A DNA stretch of 63,996 bases, counting the filler, from Salisapilia sapeloensis CBS 127946 (Eukaryota > Protista > Oomycota), in NCBI GenBank assembly GCA_023334545.1. It is 6 parts of 6 records of this genome, joined end to end, with 100 filler letters (N's around TTAATTAATTAA, not from the genome) between each part and the next. Parts side by side here need not be neighbours in the genome. Positions count along the whole stretch, not along the records: positions 52,582 to 58,915 come from JAADVB010000569.1; positions 59,016 to 61,225 come from JAADVB010000937.1; positions 61,326 to 62,723 come from JAADVB010001167.1; positions 62,824 to 63,996 come from JAADVB010001271.1; 2 more parts are not named here. The stretch is one strand, 5' to 3'. How positions within the stretch are numbered: the stretch's first letter is position 1; every line of letters begins with the position of its first letter. The translations under genes were made by a program, and so were the position numbers. Positions 53,732 to 63,996 of this stretch are shown here, piece after piece. The notes beneath the pieces were generated by a model. It did not search any database, was not told the DNA's origin, and saw only the letters and a program-made list of their open reading frames with translations.

Positions 53732-55738
53732 TTATCCTAGTCCTGCCACGGCAGCTCGTATATCCTGTAATGTGCTCGTATGAGAGACCTTGTTCACATT
53801 AAGTTTCTTTATCACCTTCTGTGGCTTGTGTTCACCAAATACTTGTGTACACCCTTCCTCCGTTGGTTGTGCTCGATTAAAGCCATTAACGAAGGTATGT
53901 CGGATTCCATGTCCAGTCGCAAAGTAGACTTTAAGATGGATGGGGAGTTGATTCATTTCTGGACACAGCGTCAGTGTGATACCGAGACCTTCGCTGATTT
54001 TATAATGGCGAGGTAAAGCATTCTCTTCGTCACTTTGAATTTGGCGGTCAGCATGCCACTGGGAGATCACTTGTCCACCATCCGGAGAGAGATACATTCC
54101 ATCACCATTTGTCGTCGTCGAAATCATTGTACGACCGCTAGGATGGTAATTCACGAAGCCCACGCCGAGGCTATCGAAACTAAGAGCTATCGCACCGTCT
54201 TGGTGAGCAGCATAGATTCGAAAGCCGTCCTTCTCTCGGTCGATGCTCACCGCTATACTTCCACTTGGCCATTTAGCCAAGACCGATCCGTCAGATCGAA
54301 CAAAGATGGCTGTAGTGCTAGAATTTGGATACTGTACTTCAAAACTCTCTTGTTGAGAGCCAATCAAATCACTTAGTTGCTCCTGTGATGCAGTCGAGGA
54401 TGACGTCTTTAGTCTGGATGCCGCCTTTGCGGTCGGAGGAGTGGGTTGCCGACTTATCTTTTTGTTAGACGGAAACGTCGGAAGCGACTGAATTGCATGA
54501 GCAAATGCAGATTCAGCACTAGGATCATCATTTTTCGCTGTGATATTATCATTTGGAGCTAGACTGTCTTCCTTTTCTTTTAGCTCCGCGTCATTTTGAT
54601 TGGAACTATCTCCATTGAAAAGAAGAGGTTGTTCGTCAACGGAGTTGCTTTCATAAGTAAAATCATTGGTTTCATCTCCAACTGGAATGTACTCTTGAAC
54701 CGGGAAGGCGTTCATAAAGTCTAGAGCTGCCGCCTACATAGCCCAGTAACATAAACATTTGCAATTATATCATTTTATCACTTTTATACTTGAATGGTAA
54801 GCTACCCTTTTGGAAAGCCTCGATGTCGTTCCTATAGCTCCATCAGAAGCTTGCACTTTTAGATTTGAGTCGTGATCGATCTGGTTCGTAGTCTTCGTCT
54901 TAAGGTCTAAATAGATGTTATAAGATTCACTCGAACATCGGGAGGTGTATATGCCATTTTAATGAACAAATATGCTCGTACTGTGCAGTGTGGGTTTATC
55001 TAGTGCGATATCTTCATGGATTGTTGGTACATCAGACTCACCTTTTACCCTACCATGCAATTCATTTGCTACAACTGCACCATCTAGCCATTCTAGCCAA
55101 GGCACCACCTTCACCACACATTCCCTGTCACTTGTTAAACTTGATGGTTGTTTGTATCTACATGTAAACTACTTACGGGTACGTATCTTTATGGCAGCAA
55201 GGATTGGGAGCCAGGACGAGACGCTTGAGAGACACCAACTTGTCCAAATGCTTTATTTGATCTTCATCTATGTTATTGTGCTGAATCCAAAGTTCTTCTA
55301 GCTGAGATAGCTCTGCTAATGGAACGAGATCTTTTATATTGTTGAACGAACACTCTAACTTTCGTAGATGTACCAGTCCCGACAGCTCATCGATGGATGC
55401 CAAACGATTATGGGCGATATTGAGATTACGCAACGACGTTGCCTACATCAATCGCAATGCTCAGCCTTTGACTACATACGCAGAATATTGTACACATACA
55501 CTTGCAATTCCTTGTAGCGATTCGAGACGATTGAACTGCTCATAGCCACTTTTAATTAATTTAGCAAAGGTAGAGCCCATTTCAGCTACAATACCGATAT
55601 ATTGAGATACTGGAGATCCTTAAGCTCGGTTTGTACTTTTTCCAATGAATCTATTTCTTCATCGACGAGAAGTAGCTGGATGTCATTTTGCATGCGCATT
55701 CTGTTTCCAGCCCTACGACTTTTCACAGCACTAGACAT
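53732..55738 (-). CDS. Leucine-rich-repeat (SDS22-like, with LRRcap) + FAM194/ERICH6-like domain protein, 6 exons
   Basis: In-frame GT-AG introns 55536-55594, 55443-55499, 55125-55176, 54907-54981 (alternative same-phase donor near 55041) and 54734-54805. LxxLxLxxNxI repeats, NPCC..YP..VVPWLEWLDG; C-terminal YPNS..SDGS..WPSGSIAV..ALSFDSLGVGFVNYHPSG. Confidence 0.75.
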
Positions 55739-55849
55739 CAACGGCACTATACAACTGTACCGAAGATGTACCTATTGATCTACTCGCCAACAACAAATTA
55801 CGGACATCGATTCCGAGAGCTCTACGTTCCGATCCTATCTTGAGCAACT

Positions 55850-56167
55850 ATGAACTTTGGCGGCGGATTAATGGGTAGCCAGGGCAATGCAGCCCAGGGA
55901 CAGCCTGCGATGAGTCAGCAGCAGCAGCAACTGATGATGGCCAAGGTCGAAATGCAATCGTACTCGGACCTCTTCGAGCGATTGTCGCGCGTCTGCTTCC
56001 AGAAGTGCAAATTCAAATACAACGAAGGCCAGTTGAATGTCGGCGAGATGAGTTGCATCGATCGGTGCTCTGGCAAGTACATGCAAGCTTACCAGGCACT
56101 CGGTGTGAAGATGGGCGAGGTCGAGAAGGAGATTGTGGAGCAAGCCCAAGCCGCTGGACAGATGTAG
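55850..56167 (+). CDS. TIM10: Mitochondrial small Tim chaperone Tim10
   Basis: Twin CX3C (CFQKC, CIDRC), LNVGEMSCIDRCSGKY. Confidence 0.9.
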   Translation: MNFGGGLMGSQGNAAQGQPAMSQQQQQLMMAKVEMQSYSDLFERLSRVCFQKCKFKYNEGQLNVGEMSCIDRCSGKYMQAYQALGVKMGEVEKEIVEQAQAAGQM

Positions 56168-56372
56168 ATGAGCACCATTATCCTAATGGAGATAGCTTTG
56201 GCCTGCACAGATAAAACAATACCCTTCCATCATCCAAACACATTTGCAATGGCACTCTTATTTCCGTCGTAGTTGGTCCTCACTTGTCACAGACGAAAGT
56301 ATATTCAAGTAAACATCCTTGGACGATTTAAAATGAAAATGGTTATGATTCCAGTAAACTTATCGGCAGACA

Positions 56373-57936
56373 TTAAAAGTTGTGCCTGCTGTAGCCGGAG
56401 AAGCCACCGTCGCCAACACCTACGGATGGTCCAGCATTCACTGACCATGCTGGTGCCCGTACAGCACTGCCACTAGGGAGAGGAAGAACAGGAGCTCCCT
56501 CACTGCGTTCGACTCCACTACCACCACTTGCACCTGGGGCATATCTAGCTTGGCGAAGGTATCGATTTCCACCTGTGCCTAGTGGCCCACCAGTATGCTG
56601 AGGCGTCCTGCCGTTGCTTAGCATGCTGCTACCAGCAGCAAGCATGGTGCTGCGTCCGTATGATCTCGGACCACCCAGATTAAAGCTTCCTGTATCTCTA
56701 CCGCTACCATGCCGACTACCTCCTGCTGCTTGTTTCATACTCGTATACCCATCCATCGCAGCGACAGCAGGCTTTTTCGGGATAGCATAATGGTTGTTCG
56801 TTGGAATGGAAGAGGCATGTGTAGGGTACGACTGCTCTGGAGGAGTGAAAGCTACCGCGTCCTTCAAAATAGAGTGCTTATTCTGCTCTAGCTGCTGCTC
56901 ACCTGGCGTCGCGACCGTCAGTGGCATGGGGACATTCACATTGACCTGGAAGAATGGATATTGCAAGGATTGGCTCGCGGTCGGTCGTTGCTGTGGGTCG
57001 TATTTGAGTAAGTCAGTCATGAGCTGAATAGCTTCATTGCTAGCGTGAGGAATGAGTTGGGCTAAAGCGGTCGGTGTGAACTGAGGAAATTTGTAATTCA
57101 TTTGTGCTGCCAGTTTCATTCCTTCAGGCCAGTTACCATGGGACGGACTGCCGAGAACAGAGCAAATTTTGTAGAGCTGGTCACCTTCACTACTCCCCGG
57201 GAACAGAGGTCGCAGCATAAAGAGCTCAGCCATAATACACCCCATTGCCCAAGCATCGACAGGAGAGTTGTAGGTCGTGGATCGTAAAAGTACTTCTGGG
57301 GCTCGATACCATCGTGTCGAGACGTAATCAGTAAATGGAGGTCTCGAGCGAATTTCACGAGCTAGCCCAAAGTCAGCGATCTTAACGATATCGCCTTTGA
57401 CCAGCATGTTCTCCGGCTTTATATCCCGATGGAAGAAGCTGTGCTTGTGCATGAAGGCGAGACCTTGCATCATTTGGTACCTATTCACAATAGTGCGTAT
57501 CAGTTGACAGAATTACTGCATCCATGCATATAGGATGTACATTAAGTTGCGAATTTTAGCTTCTGGGAAGTGTCGTTCCCGCTTCTTCATAGCCTCATAT
57601 AAGTTGTTCTCCATAAACTCAAACACAAAGTAAAGCTCGTCGTTTTCACGAATAACTTCCTTCAGTTTGATAATATTCGGGTGATTCAGTTTCCGCAACG
57701 AGTTTACTTCCCGAAGTTGCATACACTCTTCCCACGAGTAAAATTTTTTTTTCATCTTCTTGACGGCAACCTGTGAGTGCATTAAAAGCCATTAGGACGA
57801 CCAGTCTTCTCAATATCAGTACAACATCTTTTCATGAAAGCGAACGTACCACTTCACCAGATTGTCGATTGACTGCTTTTAGTACAGACCCATAGGTTCC
57901 ATCTCCAAGCTGCTTGGTCACTTTGTACCGGTTCAT
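56373..57936 (-). CDS. MAK: MAK/ICK-family CMGC kinase, 3 exons
   Basis: [60 protein letters not shown], tail motif [10 protein letters not shown]; introns 57771-57849 and 57481-57540. Confidence 0.95.
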
Positions 57937-58743
57937 ACTTGACTGAGTGTCGTGGTGCGTACAAACGAATGAGGCTTTTTGACACCTTCCCTAAGTTCTT
58001 GCGACGCGTCCTTTTCCTCGAACTGTAGAGCCAAGCTAAAAATAATCACACCAACACTGCGTCCGGTTCTCATTCTTATAAATGATCTAAAGCTGTTCAG
58101 CTAGTATTGGTATTACAATGGCAATTGCAGTGGGTTCAAGAAACACTAGTGCGAGTACGTCAACCACGCACTACATGAATCTACTCATGTTTGATCGAAA
58201 ATGTTATTTTACATGAAATCACGAGTAGTGTGTATTGCTTCAAGCTTAGCAGTCCTGCAGCTCTGAGTACTCATTCGGCATATTGCTCCATGATCCAGCA
58301 TGTACAGACCCACTGGCATTCTATGAGCTTGAGTCGACTCCCATTTAATGCCTTTCAAAATTGGGCGGTTACCATGTTGATACAGATAGCCAAATTTATC
58401 GGCAAATGCCCAGAGATTGAAGGACAATGTGAGTAAGGCTTTTAGATTAAGTTATGTTTGGATAGGCCCTCATCATAGTTTACCTGTATACAGTAGCTTA
58501 GCCATTGTGTCTTATAGTGGAAATGTCGTCTACCTCTCCAACCTGTCGTGATGCGAATATAAGAATAATATAGCAAACCAACGAGGACATTTAAATAACA
58601 CACTTGGGTATGACTTGATGGAGATAACCGTAGTCGATGCTCTTAATTGCTTTTAACTCGCTTCCAACATACTCGTTCTGCCCAGGATTATACCAAAAGA
58701 TAGGCCGGAAACATGGTACCTGGCAACTGCTTCCATAGACTTC

Positions 58744-58914
58744 TTAACTTAGGAGGAACTCCACATCAAAGACTTTTGGACGCATGCCCACTGTCGTCAT
58801 GACCACGCCGTCCTCCAAATGGTACTTGTAACCCTTCTCGATGCCAGGCCACTGCCACAACTGGAAGTCTAATAGGATATGCACCAAACGCTTTGACGAT
58901 ACCAGATCTTCTGC
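58744..58914 (-). pseudogene. Fragment resembling the region preceding oomycete prolyl-4-hydroxylase-like catalytic domains
   Basis: Frame from the contig edge reads RLVHILLDFQLWQWPGIEKGYKYHLEDGVVMTTVGMRPKVFDVEFLLS then TAA; recognised from memory of the family only. Confidence 0.35.
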
Positions 58915-58915
58915 A

Positions 58916-59015
58916 NNNNNNNNNNNNNNNNNNNNNNNNNNNNNNNNNNNNNNNNNNNNTTAATTAATTAANNNNNNNNNNNNNNNNNNNNNNNNNNNNN
59001 NNNNNNNNNNNNNNN
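58916..59015. other. Artificial contig-joining spacer
   Basis: Same 44N-TTAATTAATTAA-44N pattern. Confidence 0.97.
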
Positions 59016-59156
59016 CATCTTATTGTTGGCGTTGGAGACGCACAGCGTCTCGAGATCGTGCCTCGTGTGGATGCTCGTAGCGGCGTTCTTGAGGGACGCG
59101 ATGGCGTTTTCGATATTGCTCGCCCTCTTCTGCACCAGTGTAGATGCAACAGCAAC
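59016..59156 (-). repeat. Exact 141-bp inverted copy of 61085-61225 (lipase 3' coding segment)
   Basis: CATCTTATTGTTGGC..GCAACAGCAAC is the reverse complement of GTTGCTGTTGC..GCCAACAATAAGATG; identity stops abruptly at 59156/61085. Confidence 0.95.
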
Positions 59157-59789
59157 AAGGACTTTAGAGTGCTCGATCGATCCGATGGACGTGAATCAAA
59201 GTTGTCATGGAAATAAAATGTCCAATCGAGGTGTTGTTGGAAGAGTGAATGCAAGTAGAAACCTAGCAGTTGCTGAGCCGAAACAGAACGCTAATATTGC
59301 CGTGCATGAACGAAATAGAGGAAGCGATGTTTATCTCCTAAAGTTTGATATTTAAAGATTTAAAATGTACTCGTGGGTTGAACTAAAAGCGCAAAAGCTT
59401 CTAGGAGGTAAAAGTGTGGTATTGCTGACGTGATATGATACTGCTTCATATGTCCGAGTTTAACACGGGTTCAAATTTCATGATGTAACTTCCGTTGCAC
59501 AGGACTCTACCGTTCATACTATGTAAATGCACATATCGCTCGATACTTTAAATGCCATGCATGTCTTCTTTCGAACCGTATAGCATTTCTTCTTCGGAAG
59601 CTTTTGAGCTCAGACGAAGGAAAAACATGGGAGAGAACAGTCTGATGAAGACAGGCCATTTACAGGTGTACATAACCGATGCAGCTAGTCAACCTGGCTT
59701 CGATCCTAGCGCTGAGATGCTAGATCTCCCTACACCGAATCACTTTATCATTTTCTTCCAGACAGCAAAGGACTGGAAATCGAATAGTG

Positions 59790-61225
59790 ATGGCGTTTAT
59801 CCGCTCTCTTCTTCTTCTTCTCACAGCGTCCTTCACGTCCTTGGCAGCAGCTGATAACAGCTACCCGATCATTCTGGTGCATGGCTTTGCCGGCTGGGGA
59901 CGTAATGAGCTATTGGGTATCAAGTATTGGGGGTCTCTCCAAGGTGATCTCGAGGAGCAGCTCAGATCGGAAGGCTATACGGTCTATACTGCAGCCGTTG
60001 GCCCATTCTCCTCCAACTGGGATCGTGCATGTGAACTCTACGCTCGGATCAAGGGTGGCAATGTCAACTACGGAAAGAAACACTCCTCCCACTTTGGGCA
60101 CGAAGCTACTGCTGGACCATTCGAAGCGCTGTATCCTGAATGGGGTGAAAAAGATAAGGATGGAAACATCAATAAGGTGCACCTCGTTGGTCACTCGATG
60201 GGTATTTGTCTTTATAAATCGACTACGTGTATGCTAAGTATAATCATTAATACTGGAATGCAATAGGCGGACAAACGATTAAGATGCTTGCGCACCTACT
60301 CGCGAAGGGCACCGCGGGAGCTCCAGTGGAGGAAGATCCGTCTTCGCATGAGCTGTTCACTGGTGGACACGATTGGGTGGCCTCAGTAACTACTATCTCA
60401 ACACCGAATCAAGGCACACTCCTTGCGAATGGTCTCTCCTCTATCGGAGACTTTGTAAAACATTTACTAGTGTCAACATTATCTTTGGTCGGTGTGGGAG
60501 GTGAGATTAGTGACGTTATATACAATGCGGACTTGGAGCAATGGGGACTGGAGAGCAAGCGTTCCGGCGAAAGCATTGCGGAATATATCGAGAGAGTCTT
60601 TGCGTCAAGATTATTCAAACCTGGCTTCAAAGACATCTCGCTCTGGAGTCTATCGACTGACGGGGCTGCTGAAGAAAACGCATGGGTGACAACGCTACCA
60701 AATGTGTACTATTTTAGCTTTTCAACGTCGGATACACACGCATCTTTCACTTTGACTGGAAAGAGAATCCAAAAGCCCAACCGACTGACCATGTTTTTCC
60801 CATTCCAAGTTACTGCATCTTTCCTTGGGGGACGTTACGGCCCAGACAATGGTTTTTCGGAAGACTGGCAGACTAATGACGGTGTCGTGAATACGATCGC
60901 TATGGGCAATCTTGGCGACGGAAACAGTGTATCCTTCCATGGAAATGCTATTGTCGGAACTTGGAATGAAATGGAAGCGCTCGTTGACATGGATCATCTT
61001 GCAGTAACTGGGCTAACACTGCATACCCAGATTTCCAGCCTATATACTGCGCACGCACAGCTACTGTATAGTTTGGATGACCCGGTTGCTGTTGCATCTA
61101 CACTGGTGCAGAAGAGGGCGAGCAATATCGAAAACGCCATCGCGTCCCTCAAGAACGCCGCTACGAGCATCCACACGAGGCACGATCTCGAGACGCTGTG
61201 CGTCTCCAACGCCAACAATAAGATG
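59790..61225 (+). CDS. Secreted lipase resembling bacterial family I.5/I.6 (3'-truncated by contig end), 2 exons
   Basis: Signal peptide; YPIILVHGFAGWG, VGPFSSNWDRACELY, intron 60202-60266 restores GHSMG-GQTI; NDGVVNT, MDHL. Confidence 0.92.
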
Positions 61226-61325
61226 NNNNNNNNNNNNNNNNNNNNNNNNNNNNNNNNNNNNNNNNNNNNTTAATTAATTAANNNNNNNNNNNNNNNNNNN
61301 NNNNNNNNNNNNNNNNNNNNNNNNN
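61226..61325. other. Artificial contig-joining spacer
   Basis: Same 44N-TTAATTAATTAA-44N pattern. Confidence 0.97.
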
Positions 61326-62723
61326 ATATTAGCCTCTGGCAATCGGAATGATGACGCGTGCATCATCACTTCCGCCTCACTTCGTATGTATATGTACGAA
61401 ATCATCGGGAACAATTGTCATTGTGTCCCACGTAATGATTAGCCCATTACAAATATTGTGGAACAAGGACAGTTTAATAGGTAGCTATGCGTACAAGGAT
61501 AAACAACAACAGAACTAAAAGAGTTAGAGAACGCAATATGCCCATTATGATGATACTATAAGCCGACATACCCCACCTCTCTTTACAGAGAACTTCCAAA
61601 GACAGGGAAGTGTTTGCCTACGGAAACGCTAACGCGCATCGGAACCTCGCCATTAACGCCCTACAAAACCTGAAGGATCACATTTTCCAATGGATTTGGT
61701 GTATGCTTGCCGTAGCAATTACAGCAGAGTACATATGAAGCAAATTGAAAACTGAGCTAAAGTCGCTCCAAGTGGTCCTAAACATCCACTTATTTTCCGA
61801 AAGTATCTAATATACTGGCTACCTAGATATGAAACTGTACAGTTTGTTGTATCTTGCCTTGAGTATGCCGATTCCGTATTTTTGCCTGTTCAATTGTAAG
61901 TAAAATTTAGAGCTCCGGATATCTAACATTCAATTCGCAACACGATTTGCATTTCTAACAAGTAGTAGTCTGGGGTATACAAAAGGCAAGTAAGATAGAA
62001 TGTGACTGATAAAATTCACATGCAAAGCTACAGAGCTATACAGCGCATGAAAAATTTTCGACATAGAGCGGGTCGTGAGTACATGTCTAGGTAGACAAAT
62101 TTTCTCCGTTACTATAACCGTGTCGTGGTAAATGGAACCAATGGGACATTTCAGCAGTATCGCCTATAAAGTGTCAGGTCGAGTGAACATGTTTTAAAGC
62201 TAAATTTTCATGCTGTCATATCCGTTTAAATGCGAAATAAAAGCTGATGTAACATTTTTTTAGTTTCTCAAATTGTGTAACATTTCTTAAATTTCAATTT
62301 GAAAATGTAACATTATTTTTATTTCTCCTATATTGAATTAAATACAAACAAGATGTAGATTGTTGTACGTGTCTTTTGTGCTACCTTGTTATTGCTGGTT
62401 TTACTCCAACTTTCCTATGGCAGCTTATTGAATCGCCAGACTCGAATCACCAGACCTCTAAAATATAAGTTTTAGGCTGCCAAAAGGAATTACCGAGAAA
62501 TAGGATACGAAGAGGACTTAGCGGAGCAATTATTCGAACGAGAGAAGTAAGGAAATCATATTAGCTTCTCGGCATATTGTGGAGGGAGACGCATGGAAGA
62601 GTAAAATAACTGTAGTTTAGAGACTTTTCGCATTGGACAGTGTACTTCTTAGCTATTTATTATCTTCTCTTCTCTATCTACATCCACCCATTGTAATCCT
62701 CTCGGACCTTTCGGCTACCTTTC

Positions 62724-62823
62724 NNNNNNNNNNNNNNNNNNNNNNNNNNNNNNNNNNNNNNNNNNNNTTAATTAATTAANNNNNNNNNNNNNNNNNNNNN
62801 NNNNNNNNNNNNNNNNNNNNNNN
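62724..62823. other. Artificial contig-joining spacer
   Basis: Same 44N-TTAATTAATTAA-44N pattern. Confidence 0.97.
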
Positions 62824-63996
62824 AAATCCATTTTCCAACAAGTTTCTTGCCAGTTTGCAATCCCCACGAGCACAGACCGACATAAATGCTAAAGGAAAGT
62901 CATCCCTTGTCCAATTGATGAGATCACTCTTGTAGCGTTCAAAAAGTTTCTCTGCAATCGAGTTCAAACCTACCTTAATGGTATACAGAAAGCTCTCTTT
63001 AATGAACTCAGGTCCCCATCGCCCATCCTCTCCAGCAGTAATAAGTGTGCCAATCACTGTGGGTTCTTCACTTGCTTCAATCGCTTTTTGAAGGGCTTCC
63101 AAAGCACTTTTATTCCCATCAGGTTGATACTGCAGCAAAAGTTGGATGATATCAATGTCGTCTTTTCTTGCTGCTGCATGCACGGCGGACCCCTCCAACA
63201 CATCGTTCGATTTCGGTGGGTAGTATAGCTTCCATCCTTTCAGTAAAAGTCTCTCGACCGCTCTTTTGTCTTGACGCTCCACAGCATCAACCAAAAGGTA
63301 ATTTCGACCTCTTTGGACAAATTCTACAAGGCTATCATATCCCTTTTGCTTGGCAACTCGTATTAAACCTTCTGTGCTGCTGTCAGTTTTATCTAGTTCT
63401 GCGCCTTCTTCCATTACAAAGCGAGCAGCATTATCATCACCCACACTCGTCGCGAAACCTAGTAATTGACTGTCGGTTTTTATGTGTGACAAGGAATCCA
63501 GCGAGTTTAACAAGGGAGGTGGTATCTCCTCTAGCTTCTGTAGTAAATCTTTATTCCAAGCTGCAGACACGTTTTTTTTATAGTCGCGAACATTTAGCTG
63601 ATGTACATGATCGGTATAGCTCATGGATGACTTTAAAATCACTTCGCGACTTATTTCATCCGATGCAAGCAGAAGACTCTTCATGCTTTCGCCAGCAGCA
63701 ATGTCTAGTGGCGTACAACCCTGTTTATTTTTGCTTGTTGTAGACATCCCGTGATCGAGTAGGAACTTGACTGTTCGGAGCTGGTTCGCTTTCACAGCGC
63801 AATGAACAATGTTTTCTCCATTTGTGTTTTCTGCCCATGCATTTGCTCCAAGCTGAATCAGATATTCTGCAGTATCTTGCCATCCTTTCTGAGCTGCATA
63901 AAGTAAAGGAGTGCTCCCTTCACTAGTTTGAGCCTCCAGATCAGCACCATTTTTAACCAGAAGATGAATCAACAGCTCTGTCCTCGCAAAGTGCAA
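62824..63996 (-). CDS. Ankyrin-repeat protein, partial at both ends
   Basis: GSTPLLYAAQKG, GENIVHCAVKAN, GCTPLDIA, GSAVHAAARKDDIDIIQLLLQY; frame open from the window end to the spacer. Confidence 0.88.

Noticed and set aside
427-61225. Apparent lipid-signalling gene cluster (VASt, CTL, START, P4, INPP5, P5, lipase)
   Set aside because: Genes lie on different contigs and are interspersed with unrelated housekeeping genes; no evidence of a functional cluster.
61381-61400. TTCGTA-N8-TACGAA resembling loxP arms
   Set aside because: Arms are too short and the spacing is wrong; no recombinase context.
61326-62723. Transposon or gene on the small AT-rich contig
   Set aside because: No long ORF, terminal repeat or transposase motif could be read.

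Overview
Eukaryotic, gene-dense DNA, most consistent with a zoospore-forming oomycete (inference: 51-79 nt GT-AG introns, Inr+FPR core promoters, EPIC-type cystatin, Cys-type bZIP, START-like/FYVE protein, bacterial-like lipase, ciliary genes). It is not one locus: five identical 100-nt spacers (44 N + TTAATTAATTAA + 44 N) join six contigs, so gene order across them means nothing. About 24 intact or partial genes, one tRNA-Gln(CTG), a decayed LRR receptor kinase and a possible prolyl-hydroxylase remnant can be read. Most notable: (1) a single-ORF P4-ATPase/guanylyl cyclase fusion with intact flippase motifs; (2) a P5 ATPase with a signal peptide, Cys-containing ectodomain and atypical M4 motif; (3) three secreted acidic Ser/Thr-rich proteins with an N-terminal RxL motif and a shared upstream TGCGCTG element; (4) a spliced, membrane-anchored cystatin; (5) a spliced LRR-FAM194 fusion; (6) a bZIP-like protein with Gln at the normally Asn position; (7) a contig whose ends are exact 141-bp inverted copies. 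No CRISPR, rRNA or intact transposon was seen. All family assignments come from motif recognition; no searches were run, so novelty is unverified.
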